A stretch of 64,000 nt of DNA from an uncultured Chitinophagaceae bacterium (GTDB lineage Bacteria; Bacteroidota; Bacteroidia; Chitinophagales; Chitinophagaceae): contig CALKVC010000094.1 in assembly GCA_937996595.1 (NCBI GenBank), positions 12,202 through 76,201 on the forward strand. The letters are read 5' to 3'. Shown piece by piece: positions 27,023-37,196 of this stretch. Under the pieces are notes generated by a model, which saw only the letters and a list, made by a program, of their open reading frames with translations, made no database searches and was not told the DNA's origin. Within the stretch, counting starts at the first letter, position 1. Every line of letters starts with the position of its first letter. A program made the position numbers and the translations under genes.

Positions 27023-27607
27023 TCAGTTGTAATAAGGGGAAATCATACAGTATATTACAACACCGCTGATTGCCACATATAGCCATAACGGCCACGTATA
27101 CCTGGTAAGTTTCCGGTGTTTGTCATATTCGCCGGTAAGCGCCCGGTAAGCGGTAAATAAGATAAACGGTAGTATGATGGCAGCTAACGGTATATGCGTG
27201 AGCAGTAAGAAATAGTATACCAACCGTATGCTGCCGGCTTCCTCCCTTTCTGTTTCTTCCAGTAACCCGTTATGGTTCAGGTCGCCGAACTTTGTTTCTC
27301 CGGCCAGCAAATGGTGTGCGATATAACTGAGCAGGAACAACACCGATAACACGATGGCCGCTATCATGATGCTTTTATGGCCTGCATAGTTTTTTTTCTT
27401 TATGGCAACCAGTCCGGCTAGCAGGCAAATGGTAACCAGTGTATTGATTACTGCATTGGCCGCTGCAAAAATATGTACATTGAAAGGCAGCTCAATATCC
27501 AGTTTCACTTTACTTAAAACGACCACTGCCGCAAATACAATAACCGATACGGTAAATATGATTATCCTTGCCTTACGGTCATCTTTCTTTAAAACGGGCG
27601 TTAACAT
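27023..27607 (-). CDS. DUF420 membrane protein (oxidase-cluster associated)
   Basis: 194 aa with four or five TM helices and conserved His residues. It lies immediately after the SCO gene. Confidence 0.7.
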   Translation of the reverse strand: MLTPVLKKDDRKARIIIFTVSVIVFAAVVVLSKVKLDIELPFNVHIFAAANAVINTLVTICLLAGLVAIKKKNYAGHKSIMIAAIVLSVLFLLSYIAHHLLAGETKFGDLNHNGLLEETEREEAGSIRLVYYFLLLTHIPLAAIILPFILFTAYRALTGEYDKHRKLTRYTWPLWLYVAISGVVIYCMISPYYN

Positions 27608-27608
27608 A

Positions 27609-28430
27609 TTATACTTTCGGGTTTTGTTTTTTCTTGAACCTGTCCAACATAGACATTACAATGATCACTATTCCGATACCGATGAATATTACCGGCAGGT
27701 AAGGTATGAACCCGCGCAGTACGGATGGCGATTTCTTATTCTTTTCAAGCAACAAAGTAGGTATGTCCCTGGCCAGCTGGGCAAGTTTCACCGTGTCGAA
27801 ACCGTTATACCATCCCCTTACCACGCGGTTGCTGTCGAGCAGGAAAAAATTTTCGGTATGAATGAATGCTGTATCCACATTGCTGTCTGCTATGCTTGCC
27901 TTTATTTCCTGGAAGGCAAAATCATAAATCTCTTTTTTATCGCCACTTACAAACCACCAGTTATCATGGTTTGCGTTAAAGCGGTCGGCAAACCACCGCA
28001 GCCTTTCAACACTGTCGCGTTCCGGGTCAACACTTATAGATATAAACTGCACGATGCTGTCATTCTTAATGAACGAATCCTGCATTTTTTTCATGTTCCT
28101 GGCTAAACCGGGACAAATGCTTGGGCAATGGCTGAAGAAAAAATCAAGTACGATGATCTTGCCCCTGGCATCATCAAGGGATACTTTTTTGCCAAGCTGG
28201 TTGGTGAATGAGATATTTTTTACCTGGTGCCAGATAGTGTCGTTGCTTATCTTCCCGTTCTTTTCTGTAACGGCTACACTGTCATAAAAATAATGCCTCG
28301 GCAGGATCACTGCATCTTTGCTGTAATATTTTACAATCCAGTAGCCGGCAAGTGGCAACAAGATCGCCAGCATTAATGAGAGTATCGCTTTCCTGTTCAC
28401 GGTATCCGATGGTTTGTTTTGAGCGTGCAA
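27609..28430 (-). CDS. SCO1/SenC family copper chaperone
   Basis: Thioredoxin fold with CPSICP, preceded by a TM anchor. The start is TTG in the track. An alternative ATG lies at 28373. Confidence 0.85.
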   Translation of the reverse strand: MHAQNKPSDTVNRKAILSLMLAILLPLAGYWIVKYYSKDAVILPRHYFYDSVAVTEKNGKISNDTIWHQVKNISFTNQLGKKVSLDDARGKIIVLDFFFSHCPSICPGLARNMKKMQDSFIKNDSIVQFISISVDPERDSVERLRWFADRFNANHDNWWFVSGDKKEIYDFAFQEIKASIADSNVDTAFIHTENFFLLDSNRVVRGWYNGFDTVKLAQLARDIPTLLLEKNKKSPSVLRGFIPYLPVIFIGIGIVIIVMSMLDRFKKKQNPKV

Positions 28431-28476
28431 GTTCGTACAATTACGCTAAAGCGGGATATTTAGATGAGCTTATCTG

Positions 28477-28516
28477 CAAAAAAAACCATCGTTCCTGCTG
28501 ATGCTGAAACGATGGT
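28477..28516 (-). terminator. Rho-independent terminator after the oxidase operon
   Basis: There is a 10-bp perfect stem (aaccatcgtt/aacgatggtt). On the minus strand it is followed by an 8-nt T-run, about 30 nt after the subunit IV stop. Confidence 0.65.
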
Positions 28517-28543
28517 TCAAGTTATTTTTTGGTAAAGCAACTG

Positions 28544-28975
28544 CTATGGTTTTGCCCCTTTTTCAATAGCGGCCGGTGCTGCCTGTTCTGTTGCAGGCCT
28601 TGATCCGGCATCGGTATTCCTCAGGTTTTTCCAACTGTCCCCGTCCCATAAGAACGCAACGATGAACCAGATGAACAGGCACAGCGGAACAATAATGGTC
28701 ATGATGAAATTCCGAACTTCATCACCGAGGTGCATGAAAATGGATACAATGTAGTACGCTTTTGCCAGGGTGAGGATACATACCATTCCTTTGAAGAACA
28801 ACACCAGTGATTCGCTGGGATGTTCGCCTTTATGAATGTTATAGATGGCCAGCCCTATCACCAGTTCAATGATGGTAATGATAGACAGTATCCAGAATGT
28901 TTTCCAGATTTTTTTGGTGCCTGACGGGTGTTCAGGAGCAAAAGTGATTTCCGGTGAAATAGTATGTTGACTCAT
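28544..28975 (-). CDS. cytochrome c oxidase subunit IV-like small membrane protein
   Basis: 143 aa with three TM helices. It is the last gene of the oxidase cluster. Confidence 0.6.
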   Translation of the reverse strand: MSQHTISPEITFAPEHPSGTKKIWKTFWILSIITIIELVIGLAIYNIHKGEHPSESLVLFFKGMVCILTLAKAYYIVSIFMHLGDEVRNFIMTIIVPLCLFIWFIVAFLWDGDSWKNLRNTDAGSRPATEQAAPAAIEKGAKP

Positions 28976-29013
28976 AAGAAAAATACTCGTTTTTTATAAA
29001 AATTTTCAGTTTG

Positions 29014-29751
29014 TTATATCAGGTAGAAGCAAAGGAATACGAATACCCAAACCAGGTCTACAAAGTGCCAGTAAAGCCCTGCTTTTTCAATCATTTCATA
29101 ATGCCCGCGTTCATCAAAGTGGCCCAGTTTTGTTTTGATGTACATCACAATATTGATCACCACACCGCTGAACACGTGGAATCCGTGGAAACCTGTTATA
29201 CCGAAGAAATAACCGCCGAATGCAATAGGGCCGGGCGTAGCAACCAGTTGGCCGTTATGCATCACTTCGGGTCCCCATGGGTTTTTGGTTACTGTAGTAC
29301 CCCAATGTTCAATCTGGCCATTAACCAATACTGCGTGATCGCCCGTGATAAGGTGTGTCCATTCCCATGCCTGGCAGCTAAGAAATGCTATTCCGCCCAA
29401 TATGGTAAGTATCATATATTTCTCTACGCCCTTGCGGTTCATCTTATGCCCTTCATGTACGGCCAATACCATGGTAACCGAACTGAAGATGAGGATGAAC
29501 GTCATCAGGCTCACAAAAGCCAGCGGAAGGTTGGCATGGCCCGCAAAAGGAAATGCATTAAATACGTGGTTAGGATCGGCCCAATGGTTTACGCTGAAGC
29601 GGATGGTTCCATAGCTGATGAGGAATGCTCCGAAAGTGAACGCATCACTCATCAAAAAGTACCACATCATCACTTTACCATAACTGGCGTTGAACGGGCT
29701 TTTACCGCCACTCCACCATTTGGTTCCTGCTGGTATTGCTGTTGTTGACAT
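29014..29751 (-). CDS. ctaE: cytochrome c oxidase subunit III
   Basis: 245 aa with heme-copper oxidase subunit III motifs (GFHGFHV..., HFVDLVWVFVF). Confidence 0.85.
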   Translation of the reverse strand: MSTTAIPAGTKWWSGGKSPFNASYGKVMMWYFLMSDAFTFGAFLISYGTIRFSVNHWADPNHVFNAFPFAGHANLPLAFVSLMTFILIFSSVTMVLAVHEGHKMNRKGVEKYMILTILGGIAFLSCQAWEWTHLITGDHAVLVNGQIEHWGTTVTKNPWGPEVMHNGQLVATPGPIAFGGYFFGITGFHGFHVFSGVVINIVMYIKTKLGHFDERGHYEMIEKAGLYWHFVDLVWVFVFLCFYLI

Positions 29752-29835
29752 AATTGTTAAATTCTGATATCTAATTTATGAACTGTATATTATAAACTTC
29801 ATTATTCTAATCCTGCATCTTGTATCCTGCATCCA

Positions 29836-30402
29836 CTACCTGATCATCAATAAAAACACCAGCAGGTAAATCCAAAGCAAATCAACAAAATGCCAGTAGG
29901 TGCTCATCAGTTCTACCGGAACCGTACTGTAATTCCTTATTTTGGTACTGAATGCCTTTAGTGACAGGACAATCAATGCAACAATTCCTCCCAACACGTG
30001 CACAGCATGTATGCCAACAATTACATAGAGGAACGAATAAGAAACATTCCCTGTAAAAGTAACCCCGCTGTTCCACAATTGCCTGAAACCCACCAGTTGC
30101 AATAGTACAAAAACCACCCCCAGGCCAAGCGTTACAGCTACCAGTATCCTGTACCTGCTCATCTCCCGTTCCCTGAATGCCTTACCTGCCAGGTGAATAC
30201 AGATACTGCTTATTATGATTGCTGCCGTACTGTACCAGAATGCTGCCGGCAGTTGAAAACTTACCCAGTTTGCCTGGTTCCGTTTTACAATATAAGCGCT
30301 TGTAAGCCCGGCAAACATCATCAGCATACTTCCTATACCTACCCACAGGGTAAACTTATGTGGATGTATCTTGTTTCTTTGTTCCATCAGCACTGTACTC
30401 AT
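29836..30402 (-). CDS. cytochrome c oxidase subunit III-like (second, short paralogue)
   Basis: 188 aa with GIHAVHVLGG...YWHFVDLLWIYL. Confidence 0.8.
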   Translation of the reverse strand: MSTVLMEQRNKIHPHKFTLWVGIGSMLMMFAGLTSAYIVKRNQANWVSFQLPAAFWYSTAAIIISSICIHLAGKAFREREMSRYRILVAVTLGLGVVFVLLQLVGFRQLWNSGVTFTGNVSYSFLYVIVGIHAVHVLGGIVALIVLSLKAFSTKIRNYSTVPVELMSTYWHFVDLLWIYLLVFLLMIR

Positions 30403-30458
30403 TCCACTGCCCTAACAGGGCGTTTAGTTTATGATAAATACCTTATCAATTAAATTAT

Positions 30459-31376
30459 TTACACTTTTACCTTATCGGCATACAGGCTTAAAAACACGAT
30501 CATCAGGTAAAAGTAAGAACTGAACATTACTTTTCGGGCGCTGTAAGCATCCATTTTCACATACAACATCACACTCACATATACCATCCACAGGTTGCAA
30601 AACAGCACGATCAGCATGCTTATAAATCCGCTGATATCAAATGCATACGGCAGAATCCCCACCGGTAACATCATGATGCTGTACATGATTGACTGTACAG
30701 CAGTGAATTTAGTTGGCCCTTTATCTGCAGGCAGTAATTTAAATCCCGCCTTGCTGTAATCCTGGTGTGCCAGCCAGGCGATGGCCCAAAAATGCGGGAA
30801 CTGCCAGATAAACTGGATACCGAATAATATCCAGCCGCCAATACTGAACTGGTCGGTAGCCGCCACCCAGCCAATCAGGCATGGAAGCGCACCCGGAACA
30901 GCCCCAACCAGCACGGCAATACTGTTTATTTTCTTCAGCGGCGTATAAATGAACCCGTACAGGAATAAACTGAACAGTCCCACCATGGCGCTTTGAAAAT
31001 TGAAAAAATACCACATCATGGCAACACCGATGGCCCCTGTAATGAAAGCGAAAACATATGCTTCGGTTTCACTCATCCTGCCGCTGGCCACGGGCCTGGA
31101 GGCCGTGCGCTTCATGATGGCATCGGTATGTTTTTCAAGCACCTGGTTGATGCTGTTGGCAGATCCTGTTATGAGCATGCCTGCAACAAAAAGTAAAAGA
31201 ACTGATAATAGCGTACTCCTGGAATAATACTGTGTGTAAGGCGCTATTAAAAAACTTACCACTGTACTGAACACAACCGTAAAACTCAAAGTGAATTTGA
31301 TCAGTTGAAAATAATCTTTCACTTTACTGGCCAAAACAAACGATGTTGATTTGGGTATGGTTTTGTTCTCCTGCAT
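30459..31376 (-). CDS. cyoE: protoheme IX farnesyltransferase (heme O synthase)
   Basis: 305 aa, UbiA-type polytopic protein with NQVLEKHTDAIMKRTASRP. Confidence 0.9.
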   Translation of the reverse strand: MQENKTIPKSTSFVLASKVKDYFQLIKFTLSFTVVFSTVVSFLIAPYTQYYSRSTLLSVLLLFVAGMLITGSANSINQVLEKHTDAIMKRTASRPVASGRMSETEAYVFAFITGAIGVAMMWYFFNFQSAMVGLFSLFLYGFIYTPLKKINSIAVLVGAVPGALPCLIGWVAATDQFSIGGWILFGIQFIWQFPHFWAIAWLAHQDYSKAGFKLLPADKGPTKFTAVQSIMYSIMMLPVGILPYAFDISGFISMLIVLFCNLWMVYVSVMLYVKMDAYSARKVMFSSYFYLMIVFLSLYADKVKV

Positions 31377-31463
31377 ATTGCACCCCGCTTCCTGTGTGGT
31401 AACCGGGGCCTTATTTAATATTTACAATCTTTGCCCGAAAACTAACATTTGTTAGCTTTCTGT

Positions 31464-33269
31464 TTAGTGCCCTGTGCTTTCATCCTTTCCAACCGGTTCG
31501 GTCTGTGGAATGAAATCCCTTCCGTCTTTTCCATAGTCATACGGCCAGCGGTGTACTTCAGGAATCTCACCCGGCCAGTTTCCGTGTCCCGGTTTTAGTG
31601 GTGTTGTCCACTCCAGTGTATTGGAACCCCAGGGATTAAGGTCTCTCACTTTCCTGCCTTTCCAGATGCTATGGAAAAAATTGAATACGAACAGTAACTG
31701 GGCCGCAAAAACGATCATGGATACCAGGCTGATGAATTCATTCAGTCCGCCGAACATCTTAAAGGATTCCCAGTTGGAAAAATCATAATAACGGCGAGGC
31801 ATACCCGCTAACCCTTCATAGTGCATGGGCCAGAAAATAAGGTATGCGCCAATGATGGTTACCCAAAAATGGATATAGGCCAGTGTGTTATTCAGGTAGC
31901 GGCCATACATTTTGGGGAACCAGTGATATACGCCGGCAAACATGCCGAAGAAAGAAGCCACACCCATTACAATATGGAAATGCGCAATTACAAAGTACGT
32001 GTCGTGCAGGTGTATATCCAGTGCAGAGTTACCCAGGAATATACCGGTAAGGCCTCCGCTGATGAACAGGCTCACAAAACCGATGGCAAAAAGCATCGCC
32101 GGAGTGAACCGGATATTGCCCCTCCATAAAGTTGTTAGCCAGTTAAACACTTTGATGGCAGAGGGCACCGCAATCAATAAGGTGAGCAATACGAATACGG
32201 AACCCAGGAAAGGGTTAAGACCCGTAACGAACATATGGTGCGCCCAAACCAGGAAAGCCAGGATAGCGATGGCAAACATGGAACCAACCATGGCCATATA
32301 ACCGAATATTGGTTTGCGGCTGTTTACAGATAATATTTCAGATGACATTCCCATGGCCGGCAATAGAATGATATATACTTCCGGGTGGCCAAGGAACCAG
32401 AAAAGGTGCTGGAACAGGATAGCGCTTCCGCCTTCATTCGGTAATATTTTTCCTGCTACTACGATATCGCTTAGATAGAAACTGGTTCCCAGGTTCCTGT
32501 CGAACAACAATAATATGGCTCCTGATAATAAAACCGGGAATGACAATACACCCAGGATGGCAGTGAAGAAAAGCGCCCAAATGGTGAGCGGCATACGGGT
32601 CATGCTCATTCCTTTTGTACGCATGTTAAGTATCGTGGTAATATAGTTAAGGCCGCCTAATAAAGACGAAACAATAAACATCGCCATACCGACAAGCCAC
32701 AGGTCCATACCAATCTTACTTCCCATGGATGCATCACCCAAAGCGCTCAATGGCGGGTAAACGGTCCATCCGCCGCTGGCCGGGCCTGTTTGTACAAATA
32801 AGGAAGCAACCATGATAATGGAAGCCAGGAAGAAGAACCAGTAACTAAGCATGTTCAGCATGGGCGAAGCCATATCCCTGGCGCCAACCTGCAGCGGAAT
32901 AAGGAAGTTTGCAAACGTTCCGCTAAGCCCTGCCGTTAGTACAAAGAATACGAGAACGGTTCCGTGCATGGTAACCAATGCATAATAAAACTCAGGGTTA
33001 AGTTTACCGCCTTTTGCCCAATGGCCCAGGAAATCTTCCAGGAATGGGAAGGTCTGGTCGGGATATCCCAGCTGTAAACGGAAAATAACAGAGAACAATC
33101 CGCCGATAATTGCCCAGATGATTCCGGTTATCAGGAATTGCTTTGCAATGGTCTTATGGTCCTGGCTGAAAACATACTTGGTAATGAATGTTTCGTGGTG
33201 GTGATGCTCGTGGTGTGCATCATGTGCCATATGTCCTGTTGCATCCTGTAGTGTTACTGCACTGCTCAT
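31464..33269 (-). CDS. ctaD: cytochrome c oxidase subunit I
   Basis: 601 aa with classic subunit I motifs (WFFGHPEVYILILP-like FWFLGHPEVYIILLP, HHMF, VAHFHIVM). Confidence 0.95.
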   Translation of the reverse strand: MSSAVTLQDATGHMAHDAHHEHHHHETFITKYVFSQDHKTIAKQFLITGIIWAIIGGLFSVIFRLQLGYPDQTFPFLEDFLGHWAKGGKLNPEFYYALVTMHGTVLVFFVLTAGLSGTFANFLIPLQVGARDMASPMLNMLSYWFFFLASIIMVASLFVQTGPASGGWTVYPPLSALGDASMGSKIGMDLWLVGMAMFIVSSLLGGLNYITTILNMRTKGMSMTRMPLTIWALFFTAILGVLSFPVLLSGAILLLFDRNLGTSFYLSDIVVAGKILPNEGGSAILFQHLFWFLGHPEVYIILLPAMGMSSEILSVNSRKPIFGYMAMVGSMFAIAILAFLVWAHHMFVTGLNPFLGSVFVLLTLLIAVPSAIKVFNWLTTLWRGNIRFTPAMLFAIGFVSLFISGGLTGIFLGNSALDIHLHDTYFVIAHFHIVMGVASFFGMFAGVYHWFPKMYGRYLNNTLAYIHFWVTIIGAYLIFWPMHYEGLAGMPRRYYDFSNWESFKMFGGLNEFISLVSMIVFAAQLLFVFNFFHSIWKGRKVRDLNPWGSNTLEWTTPLKPGHGNWPGEIPEVHRWPYDYGKDGRDFIPQTEPVGKDESTGH

Positions 33270-33301
33270 AGTCGTATAATATTTATAAAAAACCTTTTAA
33301 G

Positions 33302-34366
33302 TTATTTTGTTTGCGGCATTACTGCTGCCAGTGGTTTTGCAGCAGCGCTTGTGTCTGTTGCCGGTAATTCTTTTTTCGGGTTTTTATCCGGATATAATGT
33401 GAAGTATTCCGGAGTTTGAGATGCCAGCCACTTCTTATAGTCCTCTTCTTTTTCAACGATAATGATACCCCTCATAGAAAAATGCCCTTTACCGCACATC
33501 TGGTCGCAGCTTATTTCATAGGAAAAGTTGGGATTGCCGGTCTTTGCTCTCATTTCTTCCGTGGTATATATTGGGGTAAACCACATGGTTGTTGGTATGC
33601 CCGGAACCGCATCCATTTTCATGCGGAAGTGGGAAAGGCCTACGTCATGAATTACGTCCTGCGCATGAATAACCAGTTTCACCGGCTTTCCAACCGGCAG
33701 GTGCATTTCACTGGTATGCAGGTCATCCCAGCTTTCAGGGTCTTCAAAATCAACACCCAGGGTATTGCCAAGTGGACTGTTGTATAATTTATAATGCTTC
33801 TTGCCCAACACACCGTCTTTACCGGGATAACGCATATCCCAGGCAAACTGGTGTCCGGTTATTTCAACTACAATAGCGTCTTTAGGCGCTTCACTGGTAA
33901 TCTTAAACCAGTATTTTAATCCGAATACAACCAAAACAGTAAGAAAAATAGCTGGTACCGTTGTCCATAATAACTCAAGTTTATTATTATGCGGAAAGAA
34001 AAATGCTTTTTTACCTTCTTTTTCCTGGTATTTGTAGGCAAACCAGAAAAGCAGTACCTGGGTGATTACAAATACAACACCGGTTACTGCGATAGTGATA
34101 TACAGCATCTGGTCTATCTTCTGTCCTTCCAGGGAAGCAGAGCCTTGGGGAAACAGTGTTTTCCCAAAGTATAGTTCATTGCAATACCAGGCGCCGATGA
34201 GGCCCAGTACCAAAAATGAAATCAGCATAAACCCATTGATCCTGTTATTTTGTTTGCGGGTTTTTTCTTCTCCTTTAAGCACACTTACATATTCACTGGC
34301 TTTGGCAATCTGGAAGATCACCAGGAAAATCATGATAACAATCGCAATCAGAAATAAATCCTTCAT
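33302..34366 (-). CDS. ctaC: cytochrome c oxidase subunit II (CuA, no fused cytochrome c)
   Basis: 354 aa with two or three TM helices plus a cupredoxin domain carrying HDVGL...CDQMCGKGHFSM. Confidence 0.9.
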   Translation of the reverse strand: MKDLFLIAIVIMIFLVIFQIAKASEYVSVLKGEEKTRKQNNRINGFMLISFLVLGLIGAWYCNELYFGKTLFPQGSASLEGQKIDQMLYITIAVTGVVFVITQVLLFWFAYKYQEKEGKKAFFFPHNNKLELLWTTVPAIFLTVLVVFGLKYWFKITSEAPKDAIVVEITGHQFAWDMRYPGKDGVLGKKHYKLYNSPLGNTLGVDFEDPESWDDLHTSEMHLPVGKPVKLVIHAQDVIHDVGLSHFRMKMDAVPGIPTTMWFTPIYTTEEMRAKTGNPNFSYEISCDQMCGKGHFSMRGIIIVEKEEDYKKWLASQTPEYFTLYPDKNPKKELPATDTSAAAKPLAAVMPQTK

Positions 34367-34505
34367 CGTATTAAGTTTGTTGCCATAAGCCTTCTATATT
34401 TTTTACAGGTAAGGCTTTAAGCTGTTAGCTATTTGTACTTGGTTATTTTCATTTCACACCACAAGTTAATCGTCAACATCAGCAAAAGATGCTTTTGTTG
34501 AAAGA

Positions 34506-35774
34506 TCAGGTATGGTGAATAATACTTTCTTTCAGGAATGGGTGGTTTTTTGCCAATAAAGGATTTTTGGTAAAATACCTGCCAACGCCCCACATGATAA
34601 GCCCGATAAACAATGCCGAAATACCAAACTCAAATGGCATCATTTCTGCATGGTTGTGCAGGGTGCCGGGCATCACCATCTGGTAAAAATCTATCCAGTG
34701 ACCGAAAATGATCAGTACCGCCATGAATGTAACCAGTGTCCAGCTCCTTTTGGTGCTCTTTTTCATCAAAATAAGCAGCGGGCAAAGGAAATTCACGATC
34801 AGGTTAAAGAAAAATATGCCTTTGTACGGGCCTGCTTTGGTTGCCGTACCAATCCTTTCAATAAAATATTTTGTTTCTTCCGGCTGGTTACTGTACCATA
34901 TAAGCATATACTGTGAAAACCAGGTGTATGTCCAGAATACAGAAAAGGCGAACATGAATTTACCCACATCATGCAGGTGTTCTTCGGTTACATATTCCAG
35001 CTGGCCCCTGTTCTTAAGATAGATGATGAAAATGGCCATCAGGGAGATACCCGAAACAAACGTGCTGGCAAATGTGTACCAGCTGAACATAGTGCTGTAC
35101 CAATGTGCATCAATGCTCATGATCCATAACCAGGGTGTGGTAGATGCAACGGTTAATCCGAAGAAAACAGTAAACAGGGAAGCCCAAACGGTGTTGTCCC
35201 AAATCCATTTTTTACCGGTTTCATAATCCATCGGGCCTTTTTTATCAGACTCCAGGCTAAGGCTCCTCATTTTTTTGCCCAGCAACCACCAGCCAAGGAT
35301 GGTAACGGCAGAAACGATGGTGAAGAACATGGGATTCAGAAACCCTTTCTTGCCATCCAGTATCTTGTCGTAATCCGGTGAGGCTTTATCATACAGGTGT
35401 GGGTCCAGCCAGTGATAAATATCAGTGCGGCCGCCCCAGACAATGGCCATCAATATGATGAATGTGATGAGTCCTAATATTGGCAGCACGCTGGAAATAG
35501 CTTCCGGAACGCGGCGCAGGGCAACCTGCCATCCGCCCATCGCCATGGTAGTAACACACAGGAAAAACATGGAAGCGTTTACGGTTAACAGCCAGTATAC
35601 GCTGTTTTGTAACAGCACAGCCCAGAAACGGGTGCTCGACGTATTTTCTCCATGGCCGCCGTGTGCAAACGGATGCAGCATGATAAAGCCGTATAATAAG
35701 GCGAGTACACCGGCTACTATCAACCCCAATGTCCATTTCTTGAAACTGCCCGGTAATTCAAAATGATTATTCAT
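34506..35774 (-). CDS. actF: Alternative Complex III subunit ActF (NrfD-like membrane subunit)
   Basis: 422 aa, polytopic, in the last position of the act cluster. Confidence 0.75.
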   Translation of the reverse strand: MNNHFELPGSFKKWTLGLIVAGVLALLYGFIMLHPFAHGGHGENTSSTRFWAVLLQNSVYWLLTVNASMFFLCVTTMAMGGWQVALRRVPEAISSVLPILGLITFIILMAIVWGGRTDIYHWLDPHLYDKASPDYDKILDGKKGFLNPMFFTIVSAVTILGWWLLGKKMRSLSLESDKKGPMDYETGKKWIWDNTVWASLFTVFFGLTVASTTPWLWIMSIDAHWYSTMFSWYTFASTFVSGISLMAIFIIYLKNRGQLEYVTEEHLHDVGKFMFAFSVFWTYTWFSQYMLIWYSNQPEETKYFIERIGTATKAGPYKGIFFFNLIVNFLCPLLILMKKSTKRSWTLVTFMAVLIIFGHWIDFYQMVMPGTLHNHAEMMPFEFGISALFIGLIMWGVGRYFTKNPLLAKNHPFLKESIIHHT

Positions 35775-35805
35775 CTAAACTATATTTTGTGTGATACCTT
35801 TTTTA

Positions 35806-36462
35806 TTATCCTTTCTTTACAGCAGCAGTGTCTGTTACCGTTGCAGTTGTGGCTGCCGGAGCAGCTGTTACTGTTTTCGGCTGCAGCGAACGTATATACT
35901 TAACCAGCATCCAACGCTGCTTCCTGTCTAACTGTGATGCATAGCTGCCCATCAGGTTCTTTCCATAAGTAATGGAATGAAACATGGTGCCGTCAGCCAT
36001 TTTCACATATAGGTCCAGCGTGAGGTTGGCAACACCGCCAATTTTACCACCGGTTGCCAGCGGTCCGTTTGCTGTCCCTTTTTCGCCGTGGCAGATACCG
36101 CAATAGATATTGAACAGGCGTCCGGCTTCAGCCATTTCGCTTTTGCCCAGTGAGTCAATCGGGTTTTTAACCATGGCGCTCATCCTGTACCCGTTGCTGT
36201 CGTTTGGCAGTGTATATGGAAACAATTCGCCCCTTTTGATGGTACCGGCAACAGGCATATTATCAAAATAGATCATGTTGCCGCCTTTCTTGCCCTTGTC
36301 AGTTGTAAAAACGGTTGAATCCCTTTCTGCGTAAGATTCAAATGCACGGCTGTATGCCATATCAGGCATATATACTTTACCCGGCTTGCGTTTGTCGTTG
36401 CAACTGGTGATGGCTATGATTGCCGTGAGCAGTAATGCAGTTATATAAGTAAGTCGTTTCAT
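35806..36462 (-). CDS. actE: ACIII monoheme cytochrome c lipoprotein ActE
   Basis: 218 aa with a lipoprotein signal (LLTAIIAITSC) and a single CGICH. Confidence 0.8.
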   Translation of the reverse strand: MKRLTYITALLLTAIIAITSCNDKRKPGKVYMPDMAYSRAFESYAERDSTVFTTDKGKKGGNMIYFDNMPVAGTIKRGELFPYTLPNDSNGYRMSAMVKNPIDSLGKSEMAEAGRLFNIYCGICHGEKGTANGPLATGGKIGGVANLTLDLYVKMADGTMFHSITYGKNLMGSYASQLDRKQRWMLVKYIRSLQPKTVTAAPAATTATVTDTAAVKKG

Positions 36463-36490
36463 TTATCTATTATCGATTATCAATGATCAA

Positions 36491-37081
36491 TTAATATCCT
36501 TTTTCGTCCCTGTACAGTTTTTGTTCCCGGTCGTACCTGCCCAGCCACCAGCCTGTTTCTGCATGCTGTACATTAATTTCTTTGGCTCCGGAATTTTGCA
36601 GGAAACGTTGTACTTCTCCGTCGTCTGTTTTATCTGTGCATTCTATGGCCATGATAAACAGGTCGTCGGTTGCACGGGGATGAAAATGATGTTTTTTTAC
36701 AAATGGTGATAACTGGCAGAGGTAGCAGAAAGTAAGCACCATGCCCACTGCAGAAAACAATACCGTAAGCTCAAACGTGATGGGGATCCATGCCGGCAAT
36801 GCAAAATGAGGCTTACCACCAATATTCAGCGGCCAGTCTTTGGTAAACACCCAGCTCATGAAAGTGAGCGCCGTGGTGGTTCCGGTAATGGCATAAATGA
36901 ACCCCGCTGTGTGAAGGCTTGTTTCCCTGATTCCCATCGCATGGTCAAGGCCATGAATAGGAAAAGGCGTATACACATCGTGTATCTTGTAGCCAGCCTT
37001 GCGTACATTTTTTACTGCAGGGAACAGCACTTTTTCATCATCAAATGCCCCTACAACAAATTTTTTAATTCCTCCAGCCAT
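36491..37081 (-). CDS. actD: ACIII subunit ActD (DUF3341-like)
   Basis: 196 aa with two TM helices. The call rests on size and position. Confidence 0.75.
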   Translation of the reverse strand: MAGGIKKFVVGAFDDEKVLFPAVKNVRKAGYKIHDVYTPFPIHGLDHAMGIRETSLHTAGFIYAITGTTTALTFMSWVFTKDWPLNIGGKPHFALPAWIPITFELTVLFSAVGMVLTFCYLCQLSPFVKKHHFHPRATDDLFIMAIECTDKTDDGEVQRFLQNSGAKEINVQHAETGWWLGRYDREQKLYRDEKGY

Positions 37082-37196
37082 AATTTAAGCTTTTAGCTCA
37101 CAGTTGTTAGCTGTCAGCATATGTTACTAATAAACTTTTTCAACTTTAAAACAATCAACCAGCCAACTAATGGCTAATTGCTAATAGCTTTTACTA

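Noticed and set aside
27402-28106. 234-aa plus-strand ORF spanning the DUF420 and SCO genes
   Set aside because: It crosses a gene boundary of two well-supported minus-strand genes and has no recognisable motif.
29011-29748. 245-aa plus-strand ORF exactly mirroring the subunit III gene
   Set aside because: The minus-strand translation has clear heme-copper oxidase subunit III motifs. The plus-strand product has none and is Cys/His-rich noise.
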